From: an uncultured Candidatus Saccharibacteria bacterium
Lineage (GTDB): Bacteria; Patescibacteriota; Minisyncoccia; UBA6257; JACRHY01
Direction: 5' to 3'
DNA: 64,000 nucleotides
NCBI GenBank assembly: GCA_964360035.1
Contig: CAYHUJ010000001.1
Span: 2,176-66,175 of the forward strand
Positions 8,918 through 18,219 of this stretch are shown here, piece by piece. Both the position numbers and the translations under genes were made by a program. The number at the start of each line of letters is the position of its first letter. Within the stretch, counting starts at the first letter, position 1. The notes under the pieces were generated by a model. It saw only the letters and a list, made by a program, of their open reading frames with translations. It made no database searches and had not been told where the DNA came from.

Positions 8918-11560
8918 ATGTTCAATCTTCGGACGTCCGACGTCCGAAGATTGGGGGTGGTGGTTGTTGCGACGCTTGTTTTTATTTTTTATTCCGGCGA
9001 AGTTTCCGCCGCTACGCGTACTTGGGACGGCGGGGGAGCCGATAACAACTGGTCAACGGACGCCAACTGGTCTGGTGATCGGGCCCCGTCTCTCAACGAC
9101 GATGTAGTCTTTGACGGCACTTCGGTGAAGAATTCGGCAATGGACAGCGGGTTGACAATCCTAAGCTTCAATGCCAGCTCCACTTACACCGGAGCGTTGA
9201 GTATCGCCAATGGAAACACCTTGACGGTAACCGGCAACTGGACATATAACGCCGCCAATTTTGACGCCGGCACATCCACGATAAAATTTACCGGCAACAC
9301 TGCTACTTTCACTCCCGGCGCTGTCAATTACTATAATCTTGAAGTGGCAAAACCTAGCAGTGGCTCCGACCTCAATATTTCCGGCACCGCCACCACTACC
9401 AATGATTTAATTATCAGCGCCGCCAACGATGACACCAATAACATCAACACCGGCACCGTCAATGTGGGCCGCAACGTCAGCATTACCAACGCTAATTTCG
9501 GAGGCGGCACGGCAACGGTGAACATGAACGGCTCCGGCAGTCAAAGCGTTTCGTCAAGCGGCGGCTGGCTACCTAATTTTTCCGTGAACAAGTCAGCCGG
9601 CACTCTTAGTTTGATTGGTACTGTTGTAATCGGAGGAAACTACACTCACACCGCCGGCACCGTTGACGCCGGCACTTCCACCCTGAAGTTTGTTGGCGGT
9701 ACCACTACTTTCACTCCCGGCGCTGTCAATTACTATAATCTTGAAGTGGCAAAACCTAGCAGTGGCTCCGACCTCAATATTTCCGGCACCGCCACCACTA
9801 CCAATGATTTAATTATCAGCGCCGCCAACGATGACACCAATAACATCAACACCGGCACCGTCAATGTGGGCCGCAACGTCAGCATTACCAACGCTAATTT
9901 CGGAGGCGGCACGGCAACGGTGAACATGAACGGCTCCGGCAGTCAAAGCGTTTCGTCAAGCGGCGGCTGGCTACCTAATTTTTCCGTGAACAAGTCAGCT
10001 GGCTCCACCACTATTGATAGCAATGTACGGGTGGGCGGGACATTGACGGTTACCGCCGGCGAGCTGCGCCACAACGCTTATACTCTACAAATTGACGGCG
10101 GAACGACGATTTCCTCCGGCGGAACGTTTTCCGATTACGCGACCGCTTCCAGCACGATTAAATTCGGTTCCACGATCACGAACAATGGAACGTTAATTTT
10201 GAACGGCGGAGGAACAAGTTGCGGCGACTTTGACTATGTTCTATTGCGTTCCACCGCCGACGGCACCCAGCGTTCCTGGTCCGGTTCCGGAACCTTCAAC
10301 ATCCAGGATGCCGACCTGAAAGACATGGGAGCAACCAGTGGTACCGTAACAGTTCGCAGCGGCACGAACTCCGGCAATAACGGCGGTTCGTGGACTTTCA
10401 ACTCCAACTGTCTTCCTTCCGCTTCCTTTGACAACGATTTTTCTTCCTGGAGCTCCGGCAACGCTACCGTCAATTACAAACTGATTGACCCCAATTCCGA
10501 CGCGTCCAATATCTCTCAAACGGCCGATTCAGGGATGGAATATTCCGCCGACGGCTCAACTTATTCGGACGCGACGCAGGGAACGGGAGGGGATGGAATG
10601 ACCAGCCTTTCTTCATCCGCCTCGCCCGGAACGTCTCATTCTTTCGCCTGGGCCAGCGCAACCGACCTGCCGAACACTGAAGATCTAACCGTCTATCTGC
10701 GCATTCGTCCCAATGACGGCAGTGAAAACGCTTCCGACTGGGCGACCTCCTCCGCTTTCGCGATTGACAACGTCGCCCCATCTTCCGTCGGCGCCCCGAC
10801 TTTCGGAACAATCACCTCTTCTTCCGTTGAAATCGTCAAGCCGACAGCTGTTACGGAAAACGGCTCCGGCCTCAATACCTGGCAGGCGAGAAGAGATTCG
10901 GCAACTGTCCTTTCCGCCGTCGCCACCACCACGGCTTCCGTCTCCGATTCTTCTTTGTCGGCGAATACCCAATATGCCTATGACGTCCGGTTCGCCGATT
11001 ACGCCGCCAACGCTTCCGCTTACGGGACGTCCGCTTCCAAATACACCCTAGCTCCGACTCCGGCTAATCTGGCCGCCGTCGCGGCAAGAATTTCCATCAC
11101 TCTTTCCGTTGACCAATTCACCAACGATACCGCCGGCTCGTCCGGATACTACTTCGTCAATTCCACCGCCTCCACCACCTCCGGCTGGATCCAGGCGAAC
11201 TTCTGGACCGACACCGGCTTGACCTGCGGCGTTTCCTATTCTTACACGGTCAAACACAGAAACGGCGACGGAACGGAAACGTCAACCGTTTCTCTTGACG
11301 CTTCAGCGTCCGCCTGCCAGTCGGAAACGGCCGCCCGGGTGTCTTACGCGATATCCCCGCTGAGAATTTACGACGCGCCAAAGCCGGAGAAAGTTTTGCC
11401 TATTCCCGCTTCGGAAGTTTATCGGGACAAAGCGACGCGGATCGCCGAGCTGCAAACGCAAATCCGGCAGCTGCAAGCGCGACTTCTGGATCTTTACCGC
11501 TTCCTGCTTCAGGCGTTGATTAAAGAGCTGGAGGAAAGATCGGGACGTATAAATTTTTGA
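8918..11560 (+). CDS. Large secreted/surface protein (beta-helix-like repeats, FN3/Ig-like domains, C-terminal coiled coil)
   Basis: Signal peptide ending VSA-ATRTWDGGG; G/S/T/N-rich repeats; DNVAP...LSANTQYAY FN3-like segments; start uncertain (8882 or 8918). Confidence 0.85.
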   Translation: MFNLRTSDVRRLGVVVVATLVFIFYSGEVSAATRTWDGGGADNNWSTDANWSGDRAPSLNDDVVFDGTSVKNSAMDSGLTILSFNASSTYTGALSIANGNTLTVTGNWTYNAANFDAGTSTIKFTGNTATFTPGAVNYYNLEVAKPSSGSDLNISGTATTTNDLIISAANDDTNNINTGTVNVGRNVSITNANFGGGTATVNMNGSGSQSVSSSGGWLPNFSVNKSAGTLSLIGTVVIGGNYTHTAGTVDAGTSTLKFVGGTTTFTPGAVNYYNLEVAKPSSGSDLNISGTATTTNDLIISAANDDTNNINTGTVNVGRNVSITNANFGGGTATVNMNGSGSQSVSSSGGWLPNFSVNKSAGSTTIDSNVRVGGTLTVTAGELRHNAYTLQIDGGTTISSGGTFSDYATASSTIKFGSTITNNGTLILNGGGTSCGDFDYVLLRSTADGTQRSWSGSGTFNIQDADLKDMGATSGTVTVRSGTNSGNNGGSWTFNSNCLPSASFDNDFSSWSSGNATVNYKLIDPNSDASNISQTADSGMEYSADGSTYSDATQGTGGDGMTSLSSSASPGTSHSFAWASATDLPNTEDLTVYLRIRPNDGSENASDWATSSAFAIDNVAPSSVGAPTFGTITSSSVEIVKPTAVTENGSGLNTWQARRDSATVLSAVATTTASVSDSSLSANTQYAYDVRFADYAANASAYGTSASKYTLAPTPANLAAVAARISITLSVDQFTNDTAGSSGYYFVNSTASTTSGWIQANFWTDTGLTCGVSYSYTVKHRNGDGTETSTVSLDASASACQSETAARVSYAISPLRIYDAPKPEKVLPIPASEVYRDKATRIAELQTQIRQLQARLLDLYRFLLQALIKELEERSGRINF
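8923..8953. repeat. REP-like perfect palindrome, copy 3
   Basis: CAATCTTCGGACGTC-C-GACGTCCGAAGATTG; reverse orientation to copy 1 (central C versus G). Confidence 0.9.
9303..9999 (+). repeat. Intragenic duplication: 295 bp identical, 402-bp period (9303-9597 and 9705-9999)
   Basis: Direct sequence comparison; identical duplicated peptide in the ORF track. Confidence 0.9.
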
Positions 11561-11564
11561 AAAG

Positions 11565-12206
11565 TTATTTCTTACCGGACAGTTTTAATTTGACGATGGC
11601 GATAATGCGGCGCAGATGCGCCGGATTTTTGATCAAATGGATAGCGTTGGGCAGAAGTGAAAGAACGATGATGGCGGCGATAATGGGAACGATGTAGCGG
11701 TCAACGTCGGGAATGACGCTGCCGAGAAAATATCCCAGAACAGTCAGGCCGATTGCCCATAAGACCGCACCAATGACGTTGTAGAATAAAAATTTTGAGT
11801 AAGCCATTTTGCCCACGCCGGCCATAATAGGGGCGAAAGTTCTCACGATCGGCACGAAGCGGGCGAGAATCATCGCCTTGGCGCCGTGTTTTTCGTAAAA
11901 ATCCTTCGTCTGTTCAACGTGATCACGGTTGAAAATTATTGAATCCTCGCGCTCAAACAGCTTTTCCGCCATTTTCCGGCCGAAAACGTAGCCGGCGCTG
12001 TTTCCCAGTATCGCGGCGGAAAAGAAAATGGCGATTAAAATCGGCAGGCTCATCAGCTCTTGTGAGGCGAGGAAGCCGGCGGTGAAAAGCAGGCTGTCTC
12101 CCGGGAAGAAAAAACCGAAAAACAGCCCCGTTTCGGCGAAAATAATGGCGAAAAGGCCGACGTAACCGGCGGTTTTTATCAGCGCGATTAAATCTATGCC
12201 GAACAT
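11565..12206 (-). CDS. DedA/VTT-family membrane protein
   Basis: FAETGLFFGFFFPGDSLLFTAG and ARFVPIVRTFAP. Confidence 0.93.
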   Translation of the reverse strand: MFGIDLIALIKTAGYVGLFAIIFAETGLFFGFFFPGDSLLFTAGFLASQELMSLPILIAIFFSAAILGNSAGYVFGRKMAEKLFEREDSIIFNRDHVEQTKDFYEKHGAKAMILARFVPIVRTFAPIMAGVGKMAYSKFLFYNVIGAVLWAIGLTVLGYFLGSVIPDVDRYIVPIIAAIIVLSLLPNAIHLIKNPAHLRRIIAIVKLKLSGKK

Positions 12207-12812
12207 TTATTTATATTGCTTCAAAATTTGGAAATCTTTTTTCAGTGATTCTTTGGTAAGCGGATTATAAACAGCGACGGCGGGGTGGTAAAGGGGAATA
12301 ACGGCGATTTTTCCGAAGGGCGTTTCCGCTTCAAACGGTCGTCCGTGAATTTTGCCTATCGTCATCGCGTCGTTCCACAGCCCGTATTTTTTCAGAATAT
12401 ACGTCATTGAAAAGCGTCCCAGCGCGGCAATGACTTTCGGCTTGATGATGTCTATTTGCCGGTCTAAAAACGGGGCGTAAGCGGCTATTTCCTCGGGCAG
12501 GGGATCGCGGTTGTTCGGCGGACGGTCTTTGACGATATTGGTGACGTAAACGTCTTGGCGGTCAATGCCGGCGGACGCCAAAAGCTCGTCCAGCACTTTT
12601 CCGGCGGCGCCGCAGAACGGCCGGCCGGTTTTCGCTTCGTTTCTTCCGGGCGCTTCGCCGATAAACATTATTTTGGCGCGGTGATTTCCTTCGCCAATGA
12701 CCGGATAGGCTTTATTTTTGACCCTTTCGGCGTAAAGCGGCGATTTTTGAAAAGCGAACACCTCGTCCCTTATTTTCTTCAGTACTTCCGTTTTGCCCGT
12801 TTCCGCTGCCAT
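12207..12812 (-). CDS. udg: Uracil-DNA glycosylase, family 4
   Basis: GEAPGRNE, GRPFCGAAG, NIVKDRPPNNRDP and YHPA; the usual Fe-S cysteines look absent. Confidence 0.92.
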   Translation of the reverse strand: MAAETGKTEVLKKIRDEVFAFQKSPLYAERVKNKAYPVIGEGNHRAKIMFIGEAPGRNEAKTGRPFCGAAGKVLDELLASAGIDRQDVYVTNIVKDRPPNNRDPLPEEIAAYAPFLDRQIDIIKPKVIAALGRFSMTYILKKYGLWNDAMTIGKIHGRPFEAETPFGKIAVIPLYHPAVAVYNPLTKESLKKDFQILKQYK

Positions 12813-12887
12813 ACGGCGCTTATTTTATCACTAAACACCGGCGGAAGCCACTACGGAAATGGCAAGCCCCGCTTTTTCGCGGGGCTT

Positions 12888-13133
12888 TCAGTGCGTGTGG
12901 GAAGAAAAAATATCTATATACGTTTTTCTTCCCTCTTTAGTGAAAGAAAATGCCGCCCTTAAAATAAAGCGATGGCCGCACTCGCTTTTTACTTCCACGG
13001 CGACTTTGCTTCGCCCGCTTACTTCATTGATGTCCACCACCGCGAATTCTCCTTGGTGGATGGGGCAGAAAATACAAACCGGATTGTCGTCGTCGTCCAT
13101 CACTACGCCGTCGTTGTTCACTTCCGATGTCAT
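12888..13133 (-). CDS. Small orphan protein with putative Zn ligands (CxxC...CxH)
   Basis: GGAGG SD upstream; GC hairpin at 12866-12885 downstream. Confidence 0.6.
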   Translation of the reverse strand: MTSEVNNDGVVMDDDDNPVCIFCPIHQGEFAVVDINEVSGRSKVAVEVKSECGHRFILRAAFSFTKEGRKTYIDIFSSHTH

Positions 13134-13307
13134 TTCGTCCTCCTACGCTCCTTTCGCGCGTCTCGTTAAAATACTGGCTTTAAGCTACGGTATTCGGCGG
13201 CGGGAGTCAATCAAGGCGGATAAAGTCGGCGGCGCGGCTTCCGTCAATTGGCGAACAGAAGCACGCCGCTCAAGGCGAAAGAAATAATAATGAGGATGAT
13301 GACGGTT

Positions 13308-14321
13308 TTAGCGACGATGTTTTTCGTTTTCATATTTTTTTATTTTTTTTTTGATAATTACGCGCGTTTCGCTTAAATTTTTGACGGCCATCAGCTCGGA
13401 GCGGATTTGTTTGGCGCCGTCAAAACCGGAGGCGTAGGCTTTGAAATGCTTTTTCATTATAGCGAAATTCTTTTTGCCGCGGAAGGTTCTTTGGAACAGA
13501 GAGGCGTGTTCCAGGGCGGCGGCGAGTTTTTCGGCCGGCGATATCGTGGCGGCGCTTATCCGCTCGTTGAAGAGCCATGGATTGCCGAAAATCGCGCGGC
13601 CGATCATTACGCCGTCAACGCCGTATTTTGCCGCTTTTTGCTCGGCGTCGGACATGGCTTGAACGTCGCCGTTGCCGAAAATCAGTGTCCCGCTGCCCCG
13701 GGCGATTTTAACGGCCCTACCGATCGCTTTCCAGTTGGCCGGTACTTTGGACATCTCTTTTCTGGTCCGGCCGTGAACCGTAATGGCGGCCGGTTTCGCC
13801 TCCAGAAGCGCCTTTATCCATTTTAAAACGGCGTTGTCGTTGTAGCCAAGGCGAGTTTTGACGGAGACGGGGAGTCCGCCGGCGCCTTCTTTGGTTGCCG
13901 CGATGATTTTCTTGGCCAGCTCCGGATTTTTCATCAGAGCCGCTCCCGCGCCCTGCTTTTCCACGGCGCGGTCGGGGCATCCCATATTGATGTCTATGCC
14001 GTCAAATCCCAGTCTGGCGGCGAGAGCGGCGCATTTTTTGAAATTTTCCGGATTGGCGCCGAATAACTGAACGACGATCGGCCGTTCCGATTCCGTAAAG
14101 CGCAGGTCCGCCAGCAGTTTCTTTTTTCCCGCCGAACAAAGGCCGTCGCAGGAAACGAATTCCGTGAAAAAAACATCCGGCTTTCCGCGCTCGGCGATCA
14201 TTTGCCGGAAAGGGGAATCGGTAACGTTAGCCATCGGCGCGAGAATCAAAATCGGTTTTTTGAGTTTTGACCAGAAGCCCAAAAAAGGGCGCGCGCCCTT
14301 TTGTTTGCGAGATTTCACCAT
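13308..14321 (-). CDS. dus: tRNA-dihydrouridine synthase
   Basis: LAPMANVTD, DINMGCP, VHGRT, GNGDV and GVMIGR. Confidence 0.93.
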   Translation of the reverse strand: MVKSRKQKGARPFLGFWSKLKKPILILAPMANVTDSPFRQMIAERGKPDVFFTEFVSCDGLCSAGKKKLLADLRFTESERPIVVQLFGANPENFKKCAALAARLGFDGIDINMGCPDRAVEKQGAGAALMKNPELAKKIIAATKEGAGGLPVSVKTRLGYNDNAVLKWIKALLEAKPAAITVHGRTRKEMSKVPANWKAIGRAVKIARGSGTLIFGNGDVQAMSDAEQKAAKYGVDGVMIGRAIFGNPWLFNERISAATISPAEKLAAALEHASLFQRTFRGKKNFAIMKKHFKAYASGFDGAKQIRSELMAVKNLSETRVIIKKKIKKYENEKHRR

Positions 14322-14325
14322 TTCT

Positions 14326-15618
14326 TCAGCGTGAAAGAGCGCCGGCTATCGGCAGGCGGTCGCCTCGCTCTCTGACCAGCGGGCCGCGGGGAGCGAATCG
14401 CGTTTCTTTGTTCAGTTCTATCAGTCTTTCTTCAATGTTTTTTAGCTCCCCGTCAATGTCGTTTTCTTCAAGATATTGACGCACATGCGGTACTGACTCT
14501 TCCGGCTCAATTACTCCGCCTTTTTCGTTTCTACTTTCCGGAATTTCTTCTTTTTCGTCTTTTTCTTCGTTGATTTCGTTTTCGTCGATTTCGCCGTTTT
14601 CGTCCTCAAGAATTTTTTCCACGTGCTTTAACGCTTCTTTAGCCGCTTTAGCTTGTTGTTTCGCCTGTTGAAAATGTCCGGCTTTAAAGGCGTCGTTGGC
14701 GGCGGCAAAGTGCGTCTCAAAAATCTTGAAAGCGTCAGACGGCACGATCAAACCCTTTTCGGCCGCTTCTTTGACGATCTCTTCTTTGGCCGCGGCCGCT
14801 TTGGCTATGGCTCTTTGAGCGTTTTCCCTGGCGTCAATTTCTTTTTCAATTCGTTCCCCCTCCGATTCCACCGCCTCTTCGGCGATTTTTCCGCGTAATT
14901 TAAGGATTTTTCTTTCCGTTTTAATTTTTTCAAGGCGGTTTATCAATTCCTGCGTATCGGCGGCGTTTTCTTTTCGCGCTTCCTCGGCGCTGGTCCGCAG
15001 TTCTTTTTCCGCGCTCTCAAGTTTTTTTTCTTTGGTTCTGACGATCGTTTTCAGTAATTCTTTGCTGCCGTCAAATTTTTCGCCGATTGTTTTGGCGATG
15101 GCGCTGACATCGCGGCCCGTTTCTTTCTCTTTTTCAATGGTGTCGGCGGCGCGGGAAACGTGCTCTTCAAGGCGCAGTAGCGCGATGTCCAATCCGGCCG
15201 GATCCACGCCGTTTTGCCGGAGTATTTCGTCTATTTCTTTGACCCGCTCGGCGGCGAATTTCGTTTGTAGTTCGGCTTTGCGTTCCGCGCCGACGGCGAC
15301 GGCCGCGCGGACTTCTTCCGTGAGCGTTTTGACGGGATAAAGAACGTCTCCGGGAATGCTGTTTTGGGAGGCCATGGCGGCGCTTCCGCCGCCGAAAACG
15401 GCGATGATGGCGAGCGTTAGAATAACGGGCATGGATTTAGTTTTTATTAATTTTATTAATTCGGGGACGGAAACGACCGTGGGGGCGGGGCGCGGATTCA
15501 TTTTCATCTCCGCCTCCAGCCTTTCCCTTAATGATAGCAAAAACCGGCCGTCAACGGAAGCGCGCCTCAAGCTTTTCAATTCTTTGATTATTTTAAATTT
15601 CTCAAACATATCAAACAT
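14326..15618 (-). CDS. DUF5667-like membrane-anchored coiled-coil protein, candidate anti-sigma factor
   Basis: TM followed by SIPGDVLYPVK..E; overlaps the ECF sigma gene. Confidence 0.75.
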   Translation of the reverse strand: MFDMFEKFKIIKELKSLRRASVDGRFLLSLRERLEAEMKMNPRPAPTVVSVPELIKLIKTKSMPVILTLAIIAVFGGGSAAMASQNSIPGDVLYPVKTLTEEVRAAVAVGAERKAELQTKFAAERVKEIDEILRQNGVDPAGLDIALLRLEEHVSRAADTIEKEKETGRDVSAIAKTIGEKFDGSKELLKTIVRTKEKKLESAEKELRTSAEEARKENAADTQELINRLEKIKTERKILKLRGKIAEEAVESEGERIEKEIDARENAQRAIAKAAAAKEEIVKEAAEKGLIVPSDAFKIFETHFAAANDAFKAGHFQQAKQQAKAAKEALKHVEKILEDENGEIDENEINEEKDEKEEIPESRNEKGGVIEPEESVPHVRQYLEENDIDGELKNIEERLIELNKETRFAPRGPLVRERGDRLPIAGALSR

Positions 15619-16108
15619 GGCGGAATTTTTCTTTTAAGGTTTTGATTTCGCGATGGATTATGACGTTGACGTGTCCGGGCGCTTTGCCGGTCAGCACACC
15701 GATTTCTTTCGCGCTCAGGCCGTCAACGTAGCGGTAAAGAACGATTTTCCGCCGCTCGTCGTCAATTTGCGAAAGATGTTTTTCAATCAGGCCGCGAAGC
15801 AGGGATTTTTCGGCGCGCTTTTCCTGTTTCGCTTCTTCCGCCGGCTCCTCGGAAATTTCTTCCAGAGAAACAAAAGCGCGGGGTTTTTGGCGGTAATGGT
15901 CAATTATAAGATTGTCGGCGATTTTATAGAAAAACGCCCGTATGTTTTCAATCTCTTTCCCCGTGGCGGCGTATCGCCAGGCCCTTAGAAACGTTTCCTG
16001 AACGATGTCCTCGGCCGTTCTTCGGTCGCTGACGCGGAAATTGACGTGCCGAAGAATGGCGGGGGCGCACCGGTCGTAAGCGGACAGGAATTTTTCTTCC
16101 ATTCTCAT
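15611..16108 (-). CDS. ECF-type RNA polymerase sigma-70 factor
   Basis: AEDIVQETFLRAW, NLIIDHYR and region-4 GLSAKEIG. Confidence 0.92.
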   Translation of the reverse strand: MRMEEKFLSAYDRCAPAILRHVNFRVSDRRTAEDIVQETFLRAWRYAATGKEIENIRAFFYKIADNLIIDHYRQKPRAFVSLEEISEEPAEEAKQEKRAEKSLLRGLIEKHLSQIDDERRKIVLYRYVDGLSAKEIGVLTGKAPGHVNVIIHREIKTLKEKFRHV

Positions 16109-16171
16109 TTTCGGGTTCTTGTTATAAAGACGCTGATTTGGCGCGGATATTACGCGCGCCGGCGGCGGACG

Positions 16172-17605
16172 TCAAGAAGCGGTCTCGTTTTCTCTTTTCC
16201 GTTTTTTCATCCAAACAGCCGCGATAATAATGAGCATCAAAATGTTGAGTGTTTTCAAGGGGTGAGCGACGAGGAAAAGAGGGCCGACGCCGCCGGGCAG
16301 ATTAGCCCAGGCGCCGATGCGGCCGACGGCGTTTAAGACGGGAGCTTGCGCGATAGTCACCGCCATCAGAAAAATCATATTCGGTTTGCCGACGGTTTGG
16401 AATATCTTTTCGCCGAAAACGAGGAGGATAATCAGCCAAAAAATCGCCACGTGCGCCCACGAACTCGGGCTTAAATGAAGATTTTCCAGGCCCCGCGGCA
16501 TTCCTTTGTTCGGCGCCGTGCCCGGGTAATTAAGGGGGTCGGGATAGGCGCCGACGTTTAAAGCGCTCGCCGGCTGTTTGTAGGTGACGGTGAGATTCGG
16601 GTCGGTGTCGTAATTAAGGGCCAGATGCGGGCCGACGGAAGCAAAAAGCAGGAGCGCGCCCCAGATGAAAATCAGCGCGCCGCGGACGAAGTGGAAGTGC
16701 GCTCCCCGCGGATTAAGCCCGAACTTTCCCCAGAGAGCCAGCCAGCCCATAACCATCATCGCGAAATAAAGAAGCGAGGGAGCGACCCAGGCGGCGCTGT
16801 GGGTGTTGAAAACGATAAAAACGGAGAAGCCGGCGATGGCGGCGGAAACGGCGACGACTCCCAGCTTGCGGACAATTTCAACAATGGAAAAGCCGGCGCC
16901 GACGGCGCTCATCGCGATGGACGTCATCAGAAGACCGATGGCGAAAAAACCGACGTGGGTATGGAAATTCACCAGCGCGGCGGGCGTAACGGCTTTATGC
17001 TGGAGCGTGAATTGGCCGAGGATGAAAAGTCCGAGAGCGACGGCGACCAGCAGGAAAACGGCGTAGGCGGAAAACGTTTTTCTCGGAACTTCAATTTCGG
17101 AAGCGATGTCGTATTTGGACGCCGGCGCGTTTTCGGCGGTCAAAAAAGGAATTTTAAATCCGGCCGCGAGCAAGCTAACCGCCGTCATCGCCGCGAAAAA
17201 AGAGATTTCCGTCAAAAAACCGAGAAAACCGAACGCGCTGACGTAGAAAGTTCCGACGGAGCCGAAATCAAGAACGAACGACTGAACGGCGTAATGCAGA
17301 ATCATCAAAAGAACGTAAGCGGGAATGACGACGAAACATCCGCCGATGATTATTTTACGAATCGCCGGCTTCAGGGAAATGCTCGGAAGAATCAAAGAGG
17401 CAATCAGTATCACGACAGACCACCAGGAAACGTGGGCGTGAAGAGTTTTTAAATATTGGGGAACGGCCAGGCCTTTAACTAAAAATCCCCAGACGCCGGT
17501 GAGTCCCAAAAGAGGGGCGCCGATTAAAATAGCGGCAAGCGAAGCGGCGAAAAGGGGAACGCTTAATCCCAGTTTTATAGTTCTTGTTTCCATTTTGTAA
17601 TTCAA
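16172..17605 (-). CDS. Polytopic membrane protein (~12 TM) with repeated intramembrane His motifs
   Basis: Long hydrophobic ORF; LHAHV, FHTHV and LHLSPSSWAHV. Confidence 0.75.
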   Translation of the reverse strand: MNYKMETRTIKLGLSVPLFAASLAAILIGAPLLGLTGVWGFLVKGLAVPQYLKTLHAHVSWWSVVILIASLILPSISLKPAIRKIIIGGCFVVIPAYVLLMILHYAVQSFVLDFGSVGTFYVSAFGFLGFLTEISFFAAMTAVSLLAAGFKIPFLTAENAPASKYDIASEIEVPRKTFSAYAVFLLVAVALGLFILGQFTLQHKAVTPAALVNFHTHVGFFAIGLLMTSIAMSAVGAGFSIVEIVRKLGVVAVSAAIAGFSVFIVFNTHSAAWVAPSLLYFAMMVMGWLALWGKFGLNPRGAHFHFVRGALIFIWGALLLFASVGPHLALNYDTDPNLTVTYKQPASALNVGAYPDPLNYPGTAPNKGMPRGLENLHLSPSSWAHVAIFWLIILLVFGEKIFQTVGKPNMIFLMAVTIAQAPVLNAVGRIGAWANLPGGVGPLFLVAHPLKTLNILMLIIIAAVWMKKRKRENETAS

Positions 17606-17611
17606 GGTATT

Positions 17612-18124
17612 TTACCGGCCGATGGCGCTACCGACGAGAATACCGACGGAAATCGCCAAGCCGCCGATGATAGTCATCCGCAAAGCGCTGCGAGCGATGC
17701 TGACGCGGGAAATCCGTCCGCTGAGCACTCCCAAAAGAAGAAGCGCCGAAAGAGAGCATCCGACGGAAATCGGAAGAGCCGCGTCGCCGCTCGTAACGAT
17801 ATAAGGAAGAAGGGGAATAAGGCCGGCGGCAAAATAAGAAAAAAACATTATCAATCCGTCAAAAAACGAGCGGCGGAAAATGTTTTTTGAATCGCCGTTC
17901 GTCCGTTCCTCGTATTCCTCGGCCGAGCTTTCGGAAAGAAAACTGCCCATCGCCATGGAAAACGCCTCAACGAATATCAAAACCATTCCTGTCAAAATGA
18001 TTGTTTCCCGCGGGACGTTTACGGCGGCGATGCCCGAAAGGAGGCCGACCGTGGAAACGAGTCCGTCTTCAACGCCGAAGATGAAATTTCTCAGATAAGA
18101 AGCGGTTATTTCTCTGGGTCTCAT
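17612..18124 (-). CDS. VIT1/CCC1-family iron/manganese transporter
   Basis: FIFGVEDGLVST, AFSMAMGSFLSE and GLIPLLPY; start trimmed to the ATG at 18124. Confidence 0.88.
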   Translation of the reverse strand: MRPREITASYLRNFIFGVEDGLVSTVGLLSGIAAVNVPRETIILTGMVLIFVEAFSMAMGSFLSESSAEEYEERTNGDSKNIFRRSFFDGLIMFFSYFAAGLIPLLPYIVTSGDAALPISVGCSLSALLLLGVLSGRISRVSIARSALRMTIIGGLAISVGILVGSAIGR

Positions 18125-18157
18125 CGTATTTATAAAATATATCATATTTCGGCGCGT

Positions 18158-18206
18158 AAAAAAAATCCCCGCGACCTCTTCTGAAATTTCAGAAGAGGTC
18201 GCGGGG
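18158..18206 (-). terminator. 40-bp perfect palindrome with U-tail; terminator of the paired membrane genes
   Basis: CCCCGCGACCTCTTCTGAAA/TTTCAGAAGAGGTCGCGGGG preceded by A8 on the + strand. Confidence 0.75.
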
Positions 18207-18219
18207 GAAATACCGCCGC

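Noticed and set aside
8155-8953. Three ~30-bp palindromes as a CRISPR array
   Set aside because: Spacing is irregular (about 170 and 540 bp), orientation is mixed, one copy is intragenic, and no cas genes are present.
9303-9999. Repeat pair as a DGR template/variable repeat
   Set aside because: The copies are identical, in frame in one gene, show no adenine-specific mismatches, and no reverse transcriptase is in the window.
16625-17452. Long antisense or alternative-frame ORFs (also 44269-45135, 45142-45927, 25561-26361, 53858-54610)
   Set aside because: Shadows of well-supported genes in GC-rich coding sequence; no motifs and no independent signals.
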